Source: Klebsormidium nitens
Lineage: Eukaryota; Plantae; Klebsormidiophyceae
Reading direction: 5' to 3'
DNA length: 64,000 nt
Assembly (NCBI GenBank): GCA_000708835.1
Contig: DF237255.1
Location: forward strand, 1 to 64,000
Below the pieces are notes generated by a model that saw only the letters and a program-made list of their open reading frames with translations, was not told the DNA's origin and made no database searches. Positions 33,934 through 46,657 of this stretch are shown here, one piece after another; within the stretch, counting starts at the first letter, position 1, and every line of letters starts with the position of its first letter. Made by a program: the position numbers and the translations under genes.

Positions 33934-36900
33934 TCTATACGTCCAGGCCCGTTCGTCCTATGGGGAAACTCTCGAGCTAGGCTCCAAGACTCTCCATATG
34001 CTGTCGTTCTGAGTGGCGGTCCTTCCCAGCTAAAGTGCTGACCAAATGCGTCCAGCCAGCTATACAATGCCACCCTTCTAGTTGGAAGTCAACCGGTCGA
34101 AGTCTAACTTACGAAACCAATGCTACTCTTTCAATTGTTGATCCTCAGACCGCCCTGCGCTTAGGCCAACGTGCTTTGAGCATTGTAGTTGAATGGAATC
34201 AAGCCAGAGAACGTAGTTCTACTGCCACAGCCTCCAGTTGTGACAGAATGAAGCTCCATGTCATGGGGTTGCTCTCAGGCAGACGCCCCTACAAGCCTGC
34301 CTTCCACCTATCTTCTATTTCCCCCTGAGGAGACTACAAGGAAGGGCTACAATTGCAGGGTCCCAAACAACACAATGGCATCATGGACACCCGCCATACA
34401 TCTGGCTGCAAGCAACGCCGCTTATGCCCCTAAGGAATGCTTTCAGCACACCTAATTCGCCTCTCATTGTCGCCTCACCATTTGAGGCTGGGAAGCTGCT
34501 CCTTTGCGGCAGAAGCTTAGAACCAGCCTTGCCAGCCGGGAAGACAAACTTGCAAGCCATGATAGTTTTCAGATCCTCGTATAAAGTCTAGAGCCACCCC
34601 TAGAATCTGGGTTGATCAGCCGCACTCTAGGCCCATCTGCCACGCTGTCCTTGGTGCACTGTCCATGCGCGGCTGACGCACCTGCAAGCTACGAAGCGCC
34701 CTGCCTCATGAATGGCAACGAAGGAGAGGACAATTGAAAGCAACGCCTCAATCCGAGTGCGTTCTACTGTACCTGTCTTCAAGAGTCAATTCATCATGTC
34801 AATTCAGGCTTCATAAATAGGTAGATCGTCTGGGCTAGCGTGCAGGCAAAAATCTTCGGATGGATTTGGAACCTCTGAGGCTCTGACACTGTTGCTTGCA
34901 TGACGGCAAGGCCAGATGATGTTTCAGTTTGTGACTGACGTAAATCGTGCAACGACGTCACCACCTGCCAGTGTACAAACCATTGATGTCAACAGTTGAC
35001 TACCTACCTTCACAGAGGTACCGTGTAGTTAGTGTACTCTGTACCGTGTACAATGTAGGTACTATATGTGACTGCAGATCACGGTTTCTGTGAGTCAGGA
35101 GTCAGGACTATGATTGGCGGAGCCTGAGCATTGAGTACGCGTACACTTGCGAGAAGTTGCCACTGTCATCTGACACGTCTGACACGAGGGTCGGACCGAG
35201 TCGGACATCAGCAAAAGTCGGCTGGTTCATTCGGATTTTGGAAGAACCTGGGACACTACTCCCGGGCACTGGTCCGAATCCCCCGACGGGTTGGCCCCGG
35301 GGCTCAGGCGCAACTCTCCCTTCGATGCAGCCAAGCTCCGACCCCGGTTAAGAATCAAAGACAGGACGGTAAAAGGCCCCGGTGGATTGCTCGTGTCGGC
35401 GGACTTTTCGACGTGCGTGGACGATCGGATTCGGCCGGCCGAGCTGGAGCGATGGCGTACGACACGGTACGATTTTAAAGCGTCCGATTGACCACGTGTT
35501 ACCGCACTGACGGTCAGATTCAGCAGATCAAGATTCCGGCGGTTGCTAAGTTCTGATGGACGTGATTCGTGACAGCAGTGTGTATAAGTGCATACACGGG
35601 TAGTGACCGTCCTACCTACTTAGGTCGCAACGAGCGGCTGTAAGGCTACAGTGTGCAGTCACTGCAATGACAGCCTGACAGGGCTAGACTGACAGGACAC
35701 TCAAGGCTCGCCCTATTGAAAGCAATTTTCCTAAACACTTAGCTCCAGATACAAGCTACCTACTGCGGGGATACGAGACCTAGATTCCGGCTTCGCACAC
35801 TCACGTGGATTCTCTGACCGACCAGCTTCTGCCTTCTGCAGAATCCGGTGCCAGAACAGTCTAATTTTAGTCGAGGATTTCAGTTGGCCGCTCAATGACA
35901 GGCAGCCGGGCCTGGCCGGGCAGCGTGCCGCCTTGCATCGGCTCTCAACAACGCATATGCGCGGGCAGATCATCAAGACCACATATACAATACTGATATC
36001 GGGATTCTCAGGTACAAGAATGCACGCTGGCCGCAGTCAATGAATACGGTTCCAGCTGGATCAGGAACTTGGAATAGGAGACTTTATAAATGATCGTGTC
36101 GTATCATTGAAGCAGGCAGCTATGTCAGAGCCCTTTGACATCCATTCCTGACTACGGCTTCTGAAGCGTTCTGGGAGAGTAGGTTTGAAGTGTGGGTACA
36201 CTCAATTGGAGCTGTCTGGCAGCACGAAAGAGCTGATCAAGAGCTGAGTAGGTAATAAGTGAGCTGGCGCTTCACAAAGACCCGAGCGATGAGATCAACT
36301 ATCAAAATGACTGCTTGTTGATTCAAGCTTCGGGCAGCTGATCTGAAATTAGCACTTGCGGCAGTGCAATTCGTGACGTGATGAAGCCCTCCTTCGCATT
36401 TCTGACTCAAGCCTCATTTTAGCTCCCACTAGCTGGAAGCATGCTTGTCCTGAGTTGGGAAGGGGTTGGGGCCGGGAGCGGCTGCAGCCATCTCTCGTGG
36501 ACAACGTGGATTACCTGTCCCTTTTGTCTGGCACCTCGGAGCTTGCTTCCGAGATGTTTGGCTCCATATCGGCCGCAGAAGGGCTCTTCAACTCTGCACG
36601 TGCTTCAGCGACCTTCCGCCAACTTGGAAAGCAGACGATTGGGTGCAAAAGCTTCAGGAGCTCCTATCTTAGGATTCCGTCAGAAATATTCGTGACGAGC
36701 TTCGTGTTCGTCGTGTTCGATTTCGATTAAGATCCAAGCTGGCCACTATGTTCCCGATACATGTCAGTTTGGACCGACAGCAGAAGCCGGATGATAGACG
36801 CGACTAGGCCTTTCTCAGCGTCTTGGCCGAAATCTGCCGGACACGACACACGGCAAGTTGGGACGAGACCGACTCCGTTTCTTGAGCTTGGCGGAGGGTT

Positions 36901-38573
36901 CCGTCACAACTTCTTTCTTGTGGTTGGGCGGTCGAGCGCGTCAGAAAGATGAAGCGAGCGGGGCTAACCTCCATTTTAATTTCGAGCCAATATTAAGCTT
37001 TCTCGAAGCAAAAACGCCAGGCAGCTGGCGTTGGATATCGGCTCGAATTACCGAGGGGAAGCTCGTGATCGGGCGACCTTGACTGACTGATTCTCAGTTG
37101 GAGACACTGTGGCAAACCGTACGTCCGGCTTTCTTGGGGTTCCTGCGGTCTACGGTGTGAGAACTTTGGAGCGTGGCCAGACACGGAAAACAGCACACCG
37201 TTCAGCAAGAGTGCGCGTTGCAAAGTCGCGCCCTATTGCAGGTACGTATGTATCCTGACAGGCAGCTCCATTCTCGTTGAGTTCGGTTCAGGAAGGTCTC
37301 GTCGACTGATGAAGTCTACTTTTTCACATTTCAACAAAATCCAAGCCGGTGTCGGCACTGGTTGAAAAGATCAGATTGGCATGTGCTGACTTGATCTCGT
37401 AAAGACGCTTTCTACTACGGTGGACTGATATGGCCCGTTGCAACTAAGCGTGTCGCAGTGTTCTTTGCTTCCAGTTGTCTTTCAGTGCTCGACAGCACGA
37501 CCTCATTATCAAGCAAACCATCTGAAAGGTCTGCCCGTTAAAGCCGATGTGTAATTACATCCAAGGCCGGAAATGGAGAAGATGGATCCATCACGAGCCA
37601 GAATAGGCGGCCCAATTCGTGTCCTACAAAATATCTCATCCAATTTTCTGCACAATGTAAGTTGGCGCCGTTCAGACCAGCTCACGCGAAGCGCAGAATC
37701 TTACGTTTTCAAGCTTGCATCCCATTTGAATTGGGCTATACCGATCAACCGTCCTGCTCGCTTCTGGATGCAGCAAGACATATTGAAGGCCCTCCACTGG
37801 CGACATCACAAAAAGCATTGCCTGAAAAAGCCCGATTGTACTTTCACTTCGGTGCCGCAACAAAAGTGATAAGCATATCGGAGAAGCCGAAAACCAGAAA
37901 TGAAGTCGTGTGTGATATCTCAGTGAACGTACATGATCCTCGCCGGGTTCAAAAACAGCAGGGTTTGATATTGAACCCAATCAAGCGGTAGTAGCGAAAG
38001 TGTAAGTTGTCTAGCATCCGACGGAACCCTGCAGTTCAACCTTGAAATGAACCGTTTTGAAAAATAATCCGATTACTACCGTCTTCCCTCAAGAGGATGG
38101 TGAGGAACAGGTTTATTGCGCTCTTTCTTTCGTCAACCGCGCATTTTGGGTTTGTGTGCACGCATGCATAAATGCTGCCAAGCCTGAAAATTGAATGGTT
38201 GCCATCTTCATGCATCCGTGGCTCAGATGGCTAGCTGTGCACGCAACCATATACGTATACGGGCCCCATGCGTTGCCAATGACCCATAACGGCTTTTGGT
38301 GCATGCATGTACGTGTATCTTGAGTGCCGTACCTGAATATACATTCCTGAAATCTGAGCTCTCGATAGCTAGCTCAAATGTCCGTGTCAGACTCCATGCC
38401 GAAATACAGGTTGACTTCAATCATACGGTCATGGTCTCTGTGACACTCAGACGCGGGACGCTTTGACCCTTGGTGGCACAACCTTGCTTCAATGGCACTG
38501 TACAGCCTTTTGTTATGTACAGTAAAATTTGAAGTGACGGTAACCCTGAAAACGGCTGGACAATCCGGAGACG

Positions 38574-41037
38574 CTATGTGTCCAAGGTCAGTCCTTTTCT
38601 CAGTTGCTCTCGCACATCTTCGTAATCCTCCAGATAGAATTTCAGCGTCTGACTTCGTATAAGCTGACGGATCTGCAAAAGGAGCACGGAAAAGTTGACT
38701 CCTGTGAGCTCCAGAGGGATCGAATTCATCCAGCGCCTAAGTAGCCTTGGACCCATGCAAAAACAAGACGACAGAACGTTGGAACTCGCCAATGCTCTGG
38801 TACTTTCTGTAAGGATGAGCAAGCGTAAGCTACGCACATCAAGTGACGATGTTGCCATCTTTCAGGTAATTTCCGATCCTTCGTTCCGTCAGCATTGAAG
38901 AAAGCCAGCTTTCACAAGGTCGACGCAACCCAAAAATTTAGTACCAGGAAAGCCGCCAGATTCCCTACGAAAATAACATTGCTATGCATCACAGAAGCCA
39001 GATGTGGGTTGATGAAACTAAGCTGTCAAGAGCGGAGACGTAGGAAAGACATGGTCGTTCAGGACGGGACTTACAGCATGAACTGCAGTGAACAGCTCCA
39101 GGACCAAAAAAATGGCCATCAAAGTGCCGACTGCCTTATCGGAAGGTTCCAAGTGCTGCACGGACAGGTGATGCTAAAAGTCAGCGTACAGGACTGTGAG
39201 GCGCAATCGTATCAAAGCTCTGGCATGCCGTCGGTTGAGCAGGAAGATTGGTAGTCAAAGCGTATCTGAAACCACATTAACTTGACTGAGTCACTGGGGG
39301 AGAGTACCGCCAGGGAATCCTCAGGAGACCGAATGAGATCCCTCTTTCCTCTCACACTTCAACTTCGAAGACCCACGTTTTGCTCGTACTGCTGCTCGTT
39401 TCTCTAACCGCTTACTTCTTTGCTGGGTGCATTTTTTTTTTTTTTTTAATTTGATAAATGACTTACAAGCCCCGGAGCAGCCCCATTTGATACTTAACGA
39501 GCCAAGTGAACACGAACAGCTCTTCCAACTGACAAGCACGCAACATGATCTTGGCAGAATTAATCCTTACTTTTGTGAGGATCGAGCGCTCACCCCAGCA
39601 AGCTCGAATCTGAAGACCCAACCAAAGTACCCACTCATTAGAGGGAAGAAGTCTTCTCACCTTTTGGACGAACATGAAGTAGAGACAGACAGGCAGGCCC
39701 GGAAAGAGGGTGAGTAGCATGAAGGCTGCAACGAAGGGCACCTTCTCCTGCAAATTTCCACTATAGCCTAGGGCCAACCGGACAGGCTCGGAAACTAGGA
39801 AGAGAACGAGCAGCGCTGCCTCAACCACCCCAAACTTTGGCTGCATCAGGAATAGACACAGCTGTTTGAGCACGGAAAGTCGAAGGGCGACACACAGGTT
39901 GAGCTTGAAGTTCTGAATGCTTTGATGCAGCCAGAGCAACAAATGTCTGGACGTCGCAGTGAGGAGTCTGCTCTACAAGCTTGATCAGGCCCCAAACCTG
40001 GACCGACTTGGGAAAAATAGAGCTTGACGGGTACTACGGAACTGATTGCAACTCCGGAATGAGATGGGCGTTATCCCAAAGCTTTCTTTCCCGTTGCTAA
40101 GGATCCCATACGGGTCTGGGTCAACTTGAGCAATTAAGCACAGCATACAACACGAGTAACGGCCATGCTTGTGCCCAAATGGAGAATTTTTGTGGTTGAA
40201 CTGGCCTTCCTTACCTTCAGAAACCGTGATGTTAGCATTGCTGGGAACCAGACAATCGAATACTGTACGTTGAAGTAGAGAAGCATCTGGAAAAAGATGC
40301 TGGACGCGATTGCGGTATCTGCAAGAAGTTCCCCAATGAAGTAATCGGAACGATGTCACGATGGCTTTGATGAAGGCCTGAAAGGTGTATGAAGAAGGGC
40401 CTCAAGAAAATGCAGGTATGACACATAGCCCTCGCCACATGCCTGACTGGGCTCGCGCTTACAACCTGCCTGGGAGACGCGAAACTTGCAGCTGAAAATC
40501 GCACAGGGTGAGCAAAGTGATTACTGCAGAAGCTTGACTGAAGCCAGATAATGTGAGAGACCAGCATGACAATCTTGTGCATGATAGCACAGCCAGGCAA
40601 TCAGCTCCAGTCCCGTCCACTTAGGAGGATTCTGGACCTTGGCAACCTTGGAATGGAACCTTGCTGCACTCCTTAATGGATTTGCCCCGTGCCAGAAACT
40701 TTCATCATGAGCTTTGCTGCTCTGAAGACAACATGTCCGTTCAGAAGCAACATTGGCCGCTGTTTTTCTTACTTGTGACGCCCAAAGGTTCATCTTCTGC
40801 AGCTCCAGGTCTTATAATGTTTGCAGGGGGCCCTTTCCTCCAGCTCTGTGAGATCGAAAGGGCAGTCCTGGTCCCCAGTCGTTTTAGCTTTGACGTTATA
40901 GGAGCCAAACCGTACGGTAGACTCTGCATAAGAGTTGGTGGTGGGACAGGAGGGGGGCGCGCATCTGTTTGACGCTCTGCAGGATCGAGCTTGGAGCCGA
41001 GGACAAAGGTGGGGGCGATGCGGTTGGTGGACGCCAT
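38574..41037 (-). CDS. TMEM17: TMEM17-like ciliary transition-zone membrane protein (Transmemb_17 family), about 249 aa, 5 exons
   Basis: Exons: 40773-41037, 40215-40318, 39661-39861 (alternative acceptor at 39840), 39075-39155, 38574-38672, all in phase. Motifs SSIFFQMLLYFNVQY, EPVRLALGYSGNLQEKVPFVAAFMLLTL and PSDKAVGTLMAIFLVLE resemble recalled TMEM17 SSLALQMSLYFN and EAIRLYLGYMGNLQEKVPELAGF. Confidence 0.85.
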
Positions 41038-41433
41038 ATTGTGGTTGCTTGGACCAAAAAGGATTCAGTCTATTGGGTGCGGTCAGATTTAAGATCTGAG
41101 GAGCCCGTAAACAATGGCAAAGGTGCGCCCTTTTGAGCTGCGCAGAGCTCAATTGTCTTGGTTTTGAAAGCAGTGCACTGGCAGACGCTGAGTCATAAAG
41201 TCACACCTAAGCCTACACTGCAGCTAGCTGTATCTAGCTCAGCTTGGAACTTGGATATTTTCACACCAGTTTGGGATGACCGCATTTCTCTGTCCAGCGC
41301 GCCTGTTAGGGTTCCTAGCAGCGCAGGTGTTAATATCTTCTGGCTTGCTGACTAGGGTTGTAACTAAGATCAGTCCTGGGTCAACCCTAACATTGTACAA
41401 TTTGCAACGAGGTGGGGGGACATTCCTGCGCGC
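41038..41433. promoter_or_regulatory. Very short divergent intergenic region between TMEM17 and the C7orf25-like gene (putative bidirectional promoter)
   Basis: The predicted start codons point in opposite directions and are only 396 bp apart. Confidence 0.55.
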
Positions 41434-44400
41434 ATGGCTGACATTCTGTCCTTTCTTGAGACCTGCTCCGCACAAATGATCAACCAGGACAGCAAAAGGA
41501 GGCTGCAAAAGCACGTGCAAAGTGAGCTGAGCTATTTGAGCAGGGCCACCAGCGGCGCAGGAGCGGAACTAGCTTCTGTGAGGTGAGAAAGTCATGGTAG
41601 TCTCACAATGCACAATTGTCTAGAGGAAGTTATTTCCAAATTGTTGTGTTTCTTCCATCACCTTTTTGGCCTTTTTCCCGTAAGGTAGAAGGCGCCTGCA
41701 TTCCAGCTGTTGCTTGAGTTTTGTGGTGCCGGTTGGTTTTAGTGGCCACCACCTGAGACTGACCATGTAGATTGCAATGCCAACACCTTATCCAACAATT
41801 AACGTCACTCACAACACAGGATTGCCAAGAAACATGCATCTTTGCGATGGACTGTTTGATACGATGTCTGCAGATTACCAATGCCTGTGGTTCGTTAATG
41901 TGTTTGTTCACTACCCTACTGCTTTTGTTAGGATTCATTGATGTGATTAGAATTACATTGCTTTGGTTAGAAGTTCATTGACTCTTTTCAATTTAAATTG
42001 CCCTCGCCCCTTTTATCATAGTGGTGTAGCAGGGTTGAAAGATGGTTGGCTTTTAGTTGTCTTTTTGTTCGTTTCTGCCGTTCTAAACCGCCGAGGGTCT
42101 TGGCGGAGGTCAGTACTGGCACAGGACAAACTCCTGCTCCGCCCTTCAATCACATAATGTGTTCTTGAATCTTTGCAAGCATAATAAGCAGTCTATGTGT
42201 ACTGCATGCACAGCAACTCAGAGATTCTCATGCAGTCAGCCTGGTGCTCACTTGGTTTAAAGCCAATATAATACAGTACTCTCTGTGCTTAACTAATGCT
42301 GAGACTATCTTTCTTGTTTTGAATGGGTGCACAAATATATGACAATCAGGACTAGAAGTTGTTGGTTTTGAACATGAGCCTAATGTCGAACTGCCCTTTC
42401 TTTAAACGTGCACTTCCTGACCAACGATGTATGTGCAGCAAGACAATCCAACCGGATTTTCTCATATAATGCTCTTTGAGCACACTCTGACAATGCGTTT
42501 GGTGCAATCGCAATTCTCAATCTTAATTATCTCAAAAACTTTCAACTCAAGTTGTTCCGAATTTTGTGCTCACAAGCCTGTGTCCACTCTTCATGCAGTT
42601 CCAATCTCAACCATCTTGAGGCTATCGCGTCCCTGCTCAAGCACCCCGAAATCAGCTGTGTGGTTAACATCCTTCAGACCATCAGCTTCCAGAGACAACT
42701 CCTCAGTGGTGCTGCTTCCAGCCTAAGAAACGGCACAGAGCTTTGCACCGCAGCGGTAGACCTTGTCTGCTTGTTCAGAGGCGAGCCAGCCTGGATTGTC
42801 GTATCTGCTCGCAACCCTGACTTTGTAAGCTGGAACAACCTTGGAGACGAAGAGAAGCCATCTTCTTCGACAAAGTCTTTTCACGGCCCCTCAACAACCA
42901 CCTCCGGTGCTCCCTTGACTAGCCCAGGAGCCTCGTTCAATTCTCTGAAAGAGCCATCGAAGCCAGCTGAACTTCCTTCGGAGGCTTTGAGCGCCAGTAC
43001 TCTCAGCCAGACGCGCAGGCCAAGGCCAACCCACGACACATGCTTGAAGGACCGCATTGCCGGACTGTTAGATGCGGCCAGGGGGTCAAGCCAACTCCAC
43101 AGGCCAAGCAAGATTGTCCTCTATTTCGCTCGCGGCCTGCAGGCGTCCCTTCAATCACACCTTCTGGAAACTTTTGGAGCCGTTCCTTGTGCGCTGATTA
43201 AGTCACTGGGTTTTGAGATCTCTCTAAACCCCGACCCGAGTCAAGAACGACCAACGCATTTAGGCAGCCAGGTATTGGACGCAATAGGTAGGAGGCTCTC
43301 TGCGGATATGGCCCCAGATTCAGAAGCACTGGCGTGGTCCCTGGTCGAAAGCTTTCCCAGCCCTACCCCTCCCGTCCGTCCCACATCCCCCTCAGATGAC
43401 GCCAGCAAGGGGGCTGATGGCGTCAGCAAAGAGTGGATAGTCCTGGAAGACCCTTGCGTTCCTACTGATCAGAGCCCCTGTGAAAAGGACTCCTTGGCGA
43501 GTGCCTCTGGAAGGGAGGAAGCGAACAGAGGAAGTGTGGTGGTGAGGGGAGGGTTAACTGCAACCGGGAGCAGGGTTAGGGGCCAGGTTATGAACGCGGT
43601 CCGACAGCTGGAGAATGGAGAGGGATGTGCGAACGATGGGCATTGTGCAGCAGCCGAGAATTCCACCAAACGCGGACAGCTGGAGGCGTTGCAAACGGCG
43701 CCTACGCTTGAGGGCTCGTTTGTTGCGATTGACGGCCCGGAAGGCAGCTTCGAGAGTGGGGATAGCCTGGGACCCGGAGAGACGGCGGGCGAACTAGGCC
43801 CGGGGGCAAAGAGTCCGGCCCCGTTGGAAAAAGGCTGGGTGGCGCTCCGCTTGGGGGACGACGTTTCTGCTTTTCAGTCATCCCTTGCGAACGGGCCTTC
43901 AAATCTTGGAAGCGGTTCAAGGGGTGAAGACAAGGAGTGGGTCGCCCTTTCAGCCGCTGGGCCTCAAGGGAAGGCATTGCCTAGGAGTGACGTCACCAGG
44001 GGAGATGAAAAAGGGGGCCATTGGATCGGGGTTCAGCAACCCGGGCTAACGATCAAGACTTTGGAAGCAGTCCCTGGGGAGTGGGTCGGAGTTGCACGGT
44101 CAATCACCGAGTCGGAGCAGAACATAGTCCCGGAACGGACAGACCGGAAAGGGCACGACGATACCAACGGAACGAAGGGCGATCCGTTTTCAGGAGTGCA
44201 GAAGGCGAGCAGCGTGAAAGCTGAGAAGAGAACAGAATCAAAGGAAGAGCAGAAAGAGAGTTCGAAACAGAAGAAACCAGAGAGGAACGGAATTTGGGGA
44301 AACGGAACGGAGCCAGGCGGACCAAGTAGAATGACAGCGGCGCCACAGTTGGCCCAGCTCTCTGCCGTCAGGTGTACAAAATCCGCGACATGTGGCACGA

Positions 44401-46657
44401 CCCCGGACGTCCGAAGAACGCAATCGGAAGAGCACGGGGAAGACGGTTCCGGGTTAGCCGAAGGTCGGTTCCGGACGCTTAACCGGGTTCCGCTGAGTGC
44501 TCGGCCAGCCTCATGGCCGGCGGGGTTGAAGCTGGTTAACTTAGACACGACGGCCCTGGTTGCGCTCGTCTCGGGGATAACCAACGGCGCAGCGGAGGGG
44601 CTCCGCACGATGCCGGAGCAAGTGTTCAGGGAGCGGTGGAAGGGAAACGCAGATTTTATGCGCGACCAGGTGACTGGGTGTCTTTTCGATCCATTACATT
44701 ACATTTTTTAGATTCCAAAGAACAGCCTTGCCCTTATCATGCAATCTCGGGACACAAAGCGAACCGTCTTTTGGTGTGTCTTGCTCTCAAGCCCTTTTGA
44801 TAGCCACAGTTCTCTATCAGCTGGTTCCGCCAATACTCATCAGTAGCGCCCCTTGACCGAGGGTTCTCGATTTGGTCTCGCTGACCTGTCGGTCATCTAC
44901 AAAGGTTCACATCGCGAAGGCGCTTCGTGCGCGGTGCTTCTGGGACGAATGTCAGATTTTATTATGAGCAACATCACATCACTCAGGCCCTTGTCTGTCA
45001 CTTCCCCTATCTTTTCGACGGCCACCATGCGCTGAAAGTCCTTGGTCGCCTTAGCTTGGTCACAATATCTAACACGGAGCTCCTCAACCACCGTCGAATC
45101 TGTCTAACTTCCCCTGCTTTTGATCATGTGTTTCAGTCCGCTGGCCAGCAGATCGTTTCTCACACCGCAACTTCTTCACGCCGCTGACGTCACGCACGCC
45201 TGATGTAGCTCCACCCTCCCTCTATCACGAGTCTGACCCCATTCCGCTAGCCAGCAGACTGATGACGTCACGCTCCTCTCACGTAGCTTCAACCTCGCCC
45301 TCCTCACATCGAGGCGGAGTTGTAAGATACCCACAGCTGCCCCACTTAGAATCGGTCCCCTTCCGGTGCGTGCTGATTGATGACGTCACGTTACATCTTC
45401 GAGTCGCTGACGTAACTTTGCCTTCCCTCTTCTCAGGTCGAGGCGGAGATCTAGAGTTGTAGTAGTCGCAGCTGCCCCTACTTACAAATCGGTCTTCTTC
45501 CGGTGCGAGCAGACTGACGACGTCACGTGACGTCTTCGCGCCGCTGACATTGCTTTCCCTTCCCTCCCCTCAAGTTGAGGCGGAGCTGCAGTACCCGCAG
45601 CTTCCTTACGTAGAAACGGTCCCCTCCGCTGCGAGCTGATTGACGACGTAACGTCAGTGAGCCGCTGACGTAATTGTCCCCTTTTTCTTCTTAGGTTGAG
45701 GCGGAGCTGCAGTACCCACAGCTGCCCTACTTAGAAATGGTTCTAATGTGACCAGAAAATCGCTGACGTAAGTTTCCCCTATTTCTTCTCAGGTCGAAGC
45801 GGAGCTGCAGTACCCGCAGCTGCCCTACTTAGAATCGGTCTCCGCGGACAAGGCCCTCCTGGTCACCCAGTACGTCTTGCGGGAGTTCGTTTCTATTGTG
45901 AGCGTCGTCGGGGGCGAGGAGGAGCAGGCGCGCGCGGAGCGCGTCCTCAAGCGGTGCTGGTGAGAAGCTGACAGTCGCTGCTCTTTAACCTTGCTCCGTT
46001 GATGGCTGACCTTGGCCGTTGCTTTTTTCGATCGTAACTCCAGTCAAGGCGTCTTTTAAGCCAAAGTGCTCAACGGGTTGAACACCTCGCGAAACCTGCT
46101 GCTTCATGGCTGGACTTGACTGGCCTCGCTTCCTCGTTCTCCGCTTTCGAGGCGTCGATTCTACTGAAGAGTGAGAAACGGTTTGATGGTTATCGTTGGC
46201 CCAGGGTCAAAGTGGCAGTTCCCTGGTGCATCGAGTCGACTAATCTCAGAATGCTGTTCCTCTGGGGCTCCATACTCTCAAAACTTGCTCGTCAACGTGC
46301 ATTTCTATGCAGAAACGCGTGCAGCATGGGTACGGAGGCATTACGGTTCTGAAGGTGAAGCTAGTCGAACAGAGCACACATTGCCTTTTGTCGGCACAAA
46401 AAATTGCGTTCGCAACGAATTTTTGAGCCCGCGTTGTTTAAACTCTCAGGCTCATCGCGGACAGTCCCTCGGACCGCCTCCGCAGCCTGTCCCCCAGCCG
46501 GGCAATCAAAGCGCGCCACGTGGCGATCTTCGGCACGGCGGACGCCTGGTCCTGTCCGACGCTCACCTCGAACGCGGCATTCGCGAGAGCCGTCCAAAAG
46601 CAGGGGGTGCCGCTCTGGGTCCTGGAGCACCGCCCGAGTGCGCTTGTGGGCTGCTGA
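41434..46657 (+). CDS. C7orf25/UPF0415 (DUF1308-type) family protein with a large low-complexity insertion, about 864 aa, 4 exons
   Basis: Exons: 41434-41582, 42599-44669, 45793-45959, 46450-46657 (2595 nt, in phase). Motifs: VQSELSYL, SSNLNHLEAI, VDLVCLFRGEPAWIVVSARNP, LVNLDTTALVALVSGITNG, FVSIVSVVGGEEEQARA, VAIFGTADAWSCPTLTSNAAFARAV, LEHRPSAL. Confidence 0.85.
45190..45792 (+). repeat. Acceptor-side array of C7orf25-like exon 3 5' end (at least 4 copies, about 100-140-bp spacing) with TGACGT-rich spacers
   Basis: ag|GT(C/T)GAGGCGGAG..CAGTACCC(G/A)CAGCTGCCCTACTTAGAA-like units occur near 45310, 45437, 45574 and 45695, before the real exon at 45793. Confidence 0.92.

Noticed and set aside
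35100-38500. Possible decayed transposon or pseudogene upstream of the kinase
   Set aside because: Short protein-like stretches and a repeated gccctattg are present, but I found no TIR, TSD, LTR or identifiable domain.
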